From Candidatus Magasanikbacteria bacterium RIFCSPHIGHO2_01_FULL_41_23 (GTDB lineage Bacteria; Patescibacteriota; Patescibacteriia; Magasanikbacterales; UBA922): a stretch of 64,000 nt of DNA. Both the position numbers and the translations under genes were made by a program. Within the stretch, counting starts at the first letter, position 1; each line of letters opens with the position of its first letter. Shown in pieces: positions 57,546 through 64,000 of the stretch. The notes under the pieces were generated by a model. That model was not told where the DNA came from. It searched no databases and was given only the letters and a program-made list of their open reading frames with translations. The stretch covers positions 10,546 to 74,545 of the forward strand of contig MFPT01000021.1 of NCBI GenBank assembly GCA_001782805.1, given 5' to 3'.

Positions 57546-60500
57546 ATGACTGATTTTGTCCATCTTCATGTCCACTCGCATTATTCGCTCTTGAATGGCT
57601 TAACCAAAATAAAAGCCTTGGTTAAGGCGGCGAAAGCGCGGGGATTTTCCGCTTTAGCATTGACTGATTATGGATCAATGTATGGCGCTATTGAATTTTA
57701 TCAAGCGTGTTTGGCCGAAGGAATTAAACCGATTATTGGATTTGAAGCATACATTGCTCCACGAAGTAGACTTGATAAAGATCCGGCGCATGATTCGACA
57801 TTGTATCATTTAATATTACTCGCGGAAAATTATAATGGCTATAAAAATTTAATGAAGCTGTCGTCGTTTGGCCATTTGGAAGGATTTTTTAATGGGAAAC
57901 CACGCATTGATAAAGAATTGTTGCGGAAATATCATGAAAATATAATTGTTTTGTCCGGACCGATTGAAGGCGAAATTCCCACATTAATAAAAAATGGTGA
58001 GATTGCCAAAGCCAAAGCAGTGGCGCGGGAATATCAAGAAATGTTCAGTTCGACTTCGCTCACCGCGAGTGGATCGGATTATTTTTATTTGGAATTGGAA
58101 GATCATCCGGCAATCTCCGGCCAAATTGAAGTGAATACTAAATTAATTGAATTGGGAAAAGAATTGGGAATTCCGTTGGTGGTAACGCGTGATGTACATT
58201 ATTTAAATCCGGATGATGATGAGGCGCAAGATATTTTGCGTTGTATTGCCGAAGGTTGGCGCGTGGATCAGCCGAATAGAATTGATTATCGCGGCGTTGA
58301 TCGGTCGTTCGCGACTGGCGATGATATTGCCGCGCGTTTTCGGCATGTTCCGGAAGCAATTGCCAATACGATAAAAATTGCGGAGCGTGTGAACATTCAA
58401 ATAGAATTAAACAAATGGCATTTTGCGCCAGTGGAATTACCTCCGGGCAAAACTGCGGACGATGTTTTGGCCGAAGAAGCACATAATCGCGTTACGATTT
58501 ATTTTAAAGAAAAAACGGCTGAACTTACTGAACGTTTGAATTATGAATTGGAAATTATTAAAACAAAAAAATATTCGCCGTATTTTTTGTGCGTGGCGGA
58601 TTTTGTGCGTTATGCCAAAGATCATGGGATTGTGGAATCAACGCGTGGTTCAGCCGCTGGTTCATTGGTGTCGTATGTTATGGGAATTACGACTGTGGAT
58701 CCGATGCGATTTAATTTGCCGTTTGAACGATTTTTAAATCCGTTTCGTCCCAGTCCACCGGATGTGGATACGGATTTTGCCGATGATCGTCGCGATGAAA
58801 TGATTGAATATGTCACGAAAAAATATGGCGCGGATAAAGTGGCGCAAATTATTACGTTTGGAACTATGGCCGCGCGCGCCAGTGTGCGCGATGTTGGTCG
58901 TGCTTTGGGATTCGCGTATTCTTTTTGCGATCAAGTGGCCAAATTAATTCCGCAAGGCGCGCAAGGTTTTCCCATGACGATTGGTCGCGCACTGACGGAA
59001 GAACCGGATTTGAAAAAATTATATGAACAAAACGCGGATGTAAAACGTTTGTTGGATTTGGCGCGAAAAGTTGAAGGCTGTGCGCGGCATACTTCCATTC
59101 ATGCGGCCGGAGTGGTGATTGCGCCGACCGCGCTGATGGATTTTTCGCCCGTGCAATATGAAACCGGTGGCACGCGGATTACCACGCAATATGAAATGAA
59201 ATCCGTGGAAGCGGCCGGAGTTTTAAAAAATGATTTTTTGGGAATTCGCAATTTGGCGATTTTGGGAAACGCGGTGGAATTCGTGAAAAAAACCACGGGT
59301 CAAGAAATTGATATTTATAATTTACCGTTGGACGATGCCAAAGTTTATGAAATGTTGGCGCGCGGAGAAACGATGGGTGTTTTTCAGCTTGGTGGTTCGG
59401 GTATGACGCGCTGGCTAAAAGAACTGAAACCAAACCGGATTGAAGATATTATGGCCATGGTGGCGCTGTATCGTCCTGGACCAATGGAATCTATTCCCGA
59501 ATATATTCGCCGCAAATATAATCCTGAGGCGGTAAAATTTTTTGATTCGCGGTTGGAAAAAATTCTCGGCGCTTCGTATGGATTGTTGGTATATCAAGAC
59601 GATGTGATGTTGACTGCGATCGCACTCGCTGGTTATGATTGGATGGAAGCGGATAAGTTTCGCAAAGCCATGGGCAAAAAAATTCCCGAAGAAATGGCCA
59701 AACAAAAAGAACAATTTTATAAAGGTTGTCAGGAAATAGGCAAAGTAAAAAAAGATATTGTTGATGAAATTTGGCATGCGATTGAACCGTTTGCCGCGTA
59801 TGGGTTTAATAAATGTTTGGTAGGAGAGACTGAAATTGTGGACGCGGCAACCGGAGCAATAAGAACCATCAAGGAAATGTACGAGCAAAAATCGAGGATG
59901 TCGGTATTAAGTTTGTCGGGCTATAAGAAATTAATTAAAAGAAAAATAATTGATATCTATAAAAACGGGAAGAAGCCAGTGTGGGAAATTACTATTCGCA
60001 GTGGCCGGAAAATTACTGCCACGGGCAATCATCCCTTTTTAAAATTTGGCGGCTGGTTCAATTTAGAAAAATTATGTGTCGGTGATTTGATCGCCGTACC
60101 AAGAAAAATTGACTATCGGCCGAGTGCTGATTTAGATTCTAAAAAATTAAAAGTATTGGGCTATTTGTTATCAGAAGGAAATCTCTGTCATCCTTACGGC
60201 GTTTATTTTTATTCTTCAGTCGAGGTAGAAATCCAAGATTTTATTACCGCTGTAAAATCATTTTCTAATTCTAATGTTACGATTAATAGAAGTAAAAGCG
60301 CAGCAGCTGTCTATGTGGGGCAAATCAATCCCAAATTTAGGAACAATTTAATGTTGTGGCTTAAAGAGCTGGGTTTGTATAACAAAAAAGCCACGGAAAA
60401 ATTTATTCCCGAATTTATTTTCAAATTATCACCGGAAAAAATCGCAGTGTTGGTTGGATCGATGTGGCAGGGCGATGGCTGTGTACATGATGACAAAAAT

Positions 60501-62366
60501 GGGCAAATATATTACGCGACCAGTTCAGAAAAGTTAGCTCAGCAAATGCAACACTTACTTTTGCGGTTGGATATTTTGAGTACGATTTATACCAAAAAAT
60601 TTACTTATAGGAATGGCCTAAAAATTGGTTATACGATTAATATCAGCCGTTATAATAACTTGGCCAATTTTGCGCACACGGTGGGTCAACATTTATTGCC
60701 AAACAAAAAAATCATCTTGAATAATATTATTAAAAAAAATAAAATTCTGAATGGCACACTACACACTGGCGTGGCTCGAGGCAGTAAAGATGTTGTGCCG
60801 GCACAAATTTTGGAGTTGATAAGAAAAGAGTTGGGGCAGAAAGGAATAACCATAAAGACAATATCCCAAGAATTGAAAATAGCTGAAAGATTATTTTATC
60901 AAGATACAAAACGGAAAGGCTATTTGCGGGAGACAGTTGGGAAAATCGGCATCTATTTGAAAAGCACTAAATTGTTACAGGAAGCGCGTTCAGAATTGTA
61001 TTGGGACGAAATTGTTTCGATAAAGTCGCGGGGCATGCAAGAAACCTATGATTTGACTGTCCTAGGCGAACATAATTTTGTCGCCAATGATTTCGTGGTG
61101 CATAATTCGCATGCCGCCAGTTATGGCATTGTCGCTTATCAAACCGCGTATCTCAAAGCGCATTATCCGGTGCAGTTTATGACCGCCATTTTGCAAGCCG
61201 AAGCCAGTGATTTGGAAAAAGTGGCGGCCATTGTGTATGAGTGCGGACGCATGGGCATTGAAGTTTTGCCGCCGGACATCAATGAAAGTTTTAAAAGTTT
61301 TGCGATGGTTTCCAAACCCGGACTCCTCGACCCTGCTCAGGGTAAACCCGGTCGGATTCGGTTTGGTTTAAATGCGATTAAAAATGTCGGCGAACATATT
61401 TGTGAAGTTATTTATCGCGAACGCAAAGAACATGGCGCGTATCAATCTCTGGAAAATTTTTTGGAGCGAATTACGGATAAAGATTTGAATAAAAAATCAT
61501 TGGAAAGTTTAGTCGTGGCCGGAGCGCTGGATTGTTTTGGATTTGATCGCAACGTACTTTTTGCCAACAGCGAAAATATGTTATTTTTTTACCGACAAGC
61601 GCGCGACAGGGAATTGACCAAACAAGATTCATTGTTTGCGGCCACGGATATTAGTTTGGATTCCAAAGTAATGCTTAAGCCAGCGCCGAACGCGACGATG
61701 GAACAGAAATTAACTTGGGAAAAAGATTTGTTGGGATTATATTTGTCCGCGCATCCGTTGCATCCATTCGTGGATGCGTTAAAAGGTGTGGTGATTCCTT
61801 TAGCCGAAGTGGAATCTGCGCCGCGCGACAGTTGGGTCGTATGTTTTGGTGTGGTGGAATCCATCAAGAAAAAAATTACTAAAAAAGGCGATATGATGTT
61901 GTTTGTGGTAATTCAGGATTTGTCCGCCACAATGGAACTGTTGGTTTTTCCCAAGACGTACGCGCGCACCAAAGATCTGTGGTTGGAACGCGCGCTGATT
62001 TGTATTGTGGGGAAAACGCCGCGCGAAGAAGGAGAAAATAAAATTTTTGTGGAAAATGCCTATGAATTGCGGCGTGAAACTATTTCCGACTTGGCGCGGC
62101 AACTGGCATTATCCGTAGGGCAGAAATTAAATTCCGACGTTGGTGCCGTGCCCGAAAAATATCTGCGCATTATTTTGTCCGCGGATGAATTACAAACATC
62201 AGCCGAACCAATTAAAACCATTTTGGCCACGCATCCAGGAGATACGACGGTTTATTTGCAAGTAGGAACAGGTACGATTAAAGTGGGAACTAAAGTGAAT
62301 GCGAGCGAAGAACTTTTGTCCGAGTTGATTAAAATTTTAGGAGATGCAAAAGTTGAAATGTTTTGA
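57546..62366 (+). CDS. dnaE: DNA polymerase III alpha subunit containing an intein
   Basis: FVHLHVHSHYSLL PHP domain, RGSAAGS, PDVDTDF, YGFNK|..|SHAASY, OB-fold tail. Confidence 0.98.
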   Translation: MTDFVHLHVHSHYSLLNGLTKIKALVKAAKARGFSALALTDYGSMYGAIEFYQACLAEGIKPIIGFEAYIAPRSRLDKDPAHDSTLYHLILLAENYNGYKNLMKLSSFGHLEGFFNGKPRIDKELLRKYHENIIVLSGPIEGEIPTLIKNGEIAKAKAVAREYQEMFSSTSLTASGSDYFYLELEDHPAISGQIEVNTKLIELGKELGIPLVVTRDVHYLNPDDDEAQDILRCIAEGWRVDQPNRIDYRGVDRSFATGDDIAARFRHVPEAIANTIKIAERVNIQIELNKWHFAPVELPPGKTADDVLAEEAHNRVTIYFKEKTAELTERLNYELEIIKTKKYSPYFLCVADFVRYAKDHGIVESTRGSAAGSLVSYVMGITTVDPMRFNLPFERFLNPFRPSPPDVDTDFADDRRDEMIEYVTKKYGADKVAQIITFGTMAARASVRDVGRALGFAYSFCDQVAKLIPQGAQGFPMTIGRALTEEPDLKKLYEQNADVKRLLDLARKVEGCARHTSIHAAGVVIAPTALMDFSPVQYETGGTRITTQYEMKSVEAAGVLKNDFLGIRNLAILGNAVEFVKKTTGQEIDIYNLPLDDAKVYEMLARGETMGVFQLGGSGMTRWLKELKPNRIEDIMAMVALYRPGPMESIPEYIRRKYNPEAVKFFDSRLEKILGASYGLLVYQDDVMLTAIALAGYDWMEADKFRKAMGKKIPEEMAKQKEQFYKGCQEIGKVKKDIVDEIWHAIEPFAAYGFNKCLVGETEIVDAATGAIRTIKEMYEQKSRMSVLSLSGYKKLIKRKIIDIYKNGKKPVWEITIRSGRKITATGNHPFLKFGGWFNLEKLCVGDLIAVPRKIDYRPSADLDSKKLKVLGYLLSEGNLCHPYGVYFYSSVEVEIQDFITAVKSFSNSNVTINRSKSAAAVYVGQINPKFRNNLMLWLKELGLYNKKATEKFIPEFIFKLSPEKIAVLVGSMWQGDGCVHDDKNGQIYYATSSEKLAQQMQHLLLRLDILSTIYTKKFTYRNGLKIGYTINISRYNNLANFAHTVGQHLLPNKKIILNNIIKKNKILNGTLHTGVARGSKDVVPAQILELIRKELGQKGITIKTISQELKIAERLFYQDTKRKGYLRETVGKIGIYLKSTKLLQEARSELYWDEIVSIKSRGMQETYDLTVLGEHNFVANDFVVHNSHAASYGIVAYQTAYLKAHYPVQFMTAILQAEASDLEKVAAIVYECGRMGIEVLPPDINESFKSFAMVSKPGLLDPAQGKPGRIRFGLNAIKNVGEHICEVIYRERKEHGAYQSLENFLERITDKDLNKKSLESLVVAGALDCFGFDRNVLFANSENMLFFYRQARDRELTKQDSLFAATDISLDSKVMLKPAPNATMEQKLTWEKDLLGLYLSAHPLHPFVDALKGVVIPLAEVESAPRDSWVVCFGVVESIKKKITKKGDMMLFVVIQDLSATMELLVFPKTYARTKDLWLERALICIVGKTPREEGENKIFVENAYELRRETISDLARQLALSVGQKLNSDVGAVPEKYLRIILSADELQTSAEPIKTILATHPGDTTVYLQVGTGTIKVGTKVNASEELLSELIKILGDAKVEMF
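59814..61106 (+). mobile_element. Intein (431 aa) with LAGLIDADG homing endonuclease in dnaE
   Basis: Starts CLVGET after YGFNK, block B TGNHPF, LAGLIDADG-like VLGYLLSEG and LVGSMWQGDG, ends HNFVANDFVVHN followed by Ser. Confidence 0.96.
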
Positions 62367-62399
62367 CTTTTTGCCTAAATTATCCTAAACTATCAGTGT

Positions 62400-62606
62400 A
62401 TGTACAATTGGACAGTAGATATTAAAGAATTAAAAAAAGATAAAAAGCAGTATGCCATTTGGAAACTGGAACAGATGGTTAATTTTGGTTTGAACGGTAA
62501 AAAATTAAACAAAGCCGATTTGAAAAAGTACTGGTTACAGTTGAATTTAGATCCTAAAAAGAAAAAGTATCTGTCACTTATTTTATGGCCGGCAAAACAA
62601 TCTTAA
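62400..62606 (+). CDS. Small partner (putative antitoxin) of the AbiEii nucleotidyltransferase
   Basis: WKLEQMVNFG..W..L.LDP.KK.YL motif; overlaps next gene. Confidence 0.75.
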   Translation: MYNWTVDIKELKKDKKQYAIWKLEQMVNFGLNGKKLNKADLKKYWLQLNLDPKKKKYLSLILWPAKQS

Positions 62607-63250
62607 GTGAAAATCAACGAAAATTATTAAAAATAATCGGTAATAATAAAAATATCTGCCAATATTTTTATTTGACCGGGGGCACGGCTTTGGCGGAATT
62701 TTATTTGCACCATCGTCTTTCGGAAGACTTGGATTTTTTTTCCGAAGAAGAAATTGATTCTCAAATCGTATTTGCGTTTCTGAAATCAATTCAAAAATCA
62801 GCCGGAATAAAAAAAATCGATGCCCAACAAAGTTTTAATCGCAATTTATTCTTTTTACATTTGCCAGACGGCGATGTTATTAAAACTGAGTTTACTTACT
62901 TTCCTTTCCCCAGAATTGAAAAGAAAAATAAAATTGACAATTTGTTGGTAGATAGTGTGCTTGATATCGCAGTTAATAAAATTTTTACTATTTATCAAAA
63001 GCCGCGGGCGCGCGATTTCATTGATTTATATTTAATTCTTCAAATAAAAAAATGGGGAATAGCTGATTTAGTTAAAAAAGCCAAAGTAAAATTTGATTGG
63101 CATATTGATCTTCTGCAATTGGCAAGTCAGTTTTTGCAAGCCCGAGAAGTGAAGGATTATCCCAAAATGATTGATCCTTTGAAACCGGAAGTGTGGCAAA
63201 AGTTTTTTGAAGAAGAAGCAAAGAAATTAAAAAATCAAATAGTACAATAA
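62585..63250 (+). CDS. AbiEii/AbiGii family nucleotidyltransferase toxin
   Basis: YLTGGTALA..YL.HRLSEDLDFF, NK....., RARDFIDLY. Confidence 0.92.
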   Translation: MAGKTILSENQRKLLKIIGNNKNICQYFYLTGGTALAEFYLHHRLSEDLDFFSEEEIDSQIVFAFLKSIQKSAGIKKIDAQQSFNRNLFFLHLPDGDVIKTEFTYFPFPRIEKKNKIDNLLVDSVLDIAVNKIFTIYQKPRARDFIDLYLILQIKKWGIADLVKKAKVKFDWHIDLLQLASQFLQAREVKDYPKMIDPLKPEVWQKFFEEEAKKLKNQIVQ

Positions 63251-63261
63251 TTTTTCCTAAT

Positions 63262-64000
63262 ATGCCCGAACATCAACTTAATCCGGAAATAATAACGACC
63301 ACTCCAGAATCTGAACCAAACTCCGTTCCACCGGAAATTGTACAGCTCCTGAATTTGCTTGATTTGCAGGAAAAGTTGGTGTATTGGAATAGGCATAATA
63401 TCCACGATTTGGCACTTGTTCTGGAAACAGATGAAGACTCTCCGCGTCTCAAAAAAGACGAAGCCAAAGCCATTGCCGAACGAACCGAAGAATTAACAAC
63501 GGCGATTGAAGCCACATTGGCTACATTGACTACGGCAATTGCGGTTAGTATTCAATCAGAAGAAATGCAGAAAACCTGGCAAACACTGATACCTGGAGAA
63601 CATTTTGCGACACCGGATGAAGCGCAACATTTTGCACAGGAACTCTTGGGATCTTTTTATATTCAATACACACGGCGTCTGAGAAAATTATCATCTTCGG
63701 TTAACCATGATGACAAGACTGTTGATCCGATCAATGCTGAGGAACAGGCGATTGATGTGGCATGGGAATTAACCGGCGTTGCTCAGCCCATTGAGTCGAC
63801 TGGAGATCCGGCGACACTGGCTGAAAAACGTGCTACACAAGCAGAAGCATGGGATGAGCTTATTCAAACTCTTTCAGTATTGCCTGGACCGCATCATCCG
63901 GCTTTGCAGGCGTATTTGAAAGACAAAAATGCCACTTCCGCGCGCGCCTTAGTTTTGTCATATAAAAAGTTTACTAATATTGATAAAAATCAGCGACGTA
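63262..64000 (+). CDS. Hypothetical protein, truncated at window end
   Basis: ATG at 63262 (MPEHQLNPEII...) with an apparently open frame running off the window. Confidence 0.7.
   Translation, partial: MPEHQLNPEIITTTPESEPNSVPPEIVQLLNLLDLQEKLVYWNRHNIHDLALVLETDEDSPRLKKDEAKAIAERTEELTTAIEATLATLTTAIAVSIQSEEMQKTWQTLIPGEHFATPDEAQHFAQELLGSFYIQYTRRLRKLSSSVNHDDKTVDPINAEEQAIDVAWELTGVAQPIESTGDPATLAEKRATQAEAWDELIQTLSVLPGPHHPALQAYLKDKNATSARALVLSYKKFTNIDKNQRR

Noticed and set aside
1-64000. UGA recoding (code 25)
   Set aside because: Long conserved genes are uninterrupted under code 11, and TGA ends genes such as topA, radA and dnaE.

Overview
AT-rich (~40% GC by eye), gene-dense bacterial chromosome segment, standard genetic code. 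Gene content points to a Patescibacteria/CPR (Parcubacteria-like) genome; this is inferred from the PrgI/VirB4/VirB6-like secretion locus, a pilin-fused hydrolase, ComF/DprA/RadC and tRNA-Arg(GCG). It carries a T4SS-like operon (0.2-12.8 kb), housekeeping genes (clpP, topA, folC, dprA, pth, der, recG, guaB, radA, clpC, pgm, htpX, lemA, rseP, pheS, pheT, intein-containing dnaE), at least four toxin-antitoxin-like pairs, six tRNA genes (one truncated) and a family of short palindromic repeats, some in-frame inside essential genes. The most unusual signals are non-coding. (1) An aberrant tRNA-Val-like gene is followed by an apparently independently promoted ~85-nt RNA whose two 10-nt segments are perfectly complementary to the whole anticodon arm of that tRNA. 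(2) An NYN nuclease gene faces a convergent promoter predicted to drive a small RNA made of two hairpins with an identical 12-nt loop. (3) There is a tRNA-Ser with anticodon ACU. (4) Several further promoter-driven structured RNA candidates occur. All calls come from reading the sequence by eye; no database searches were run.
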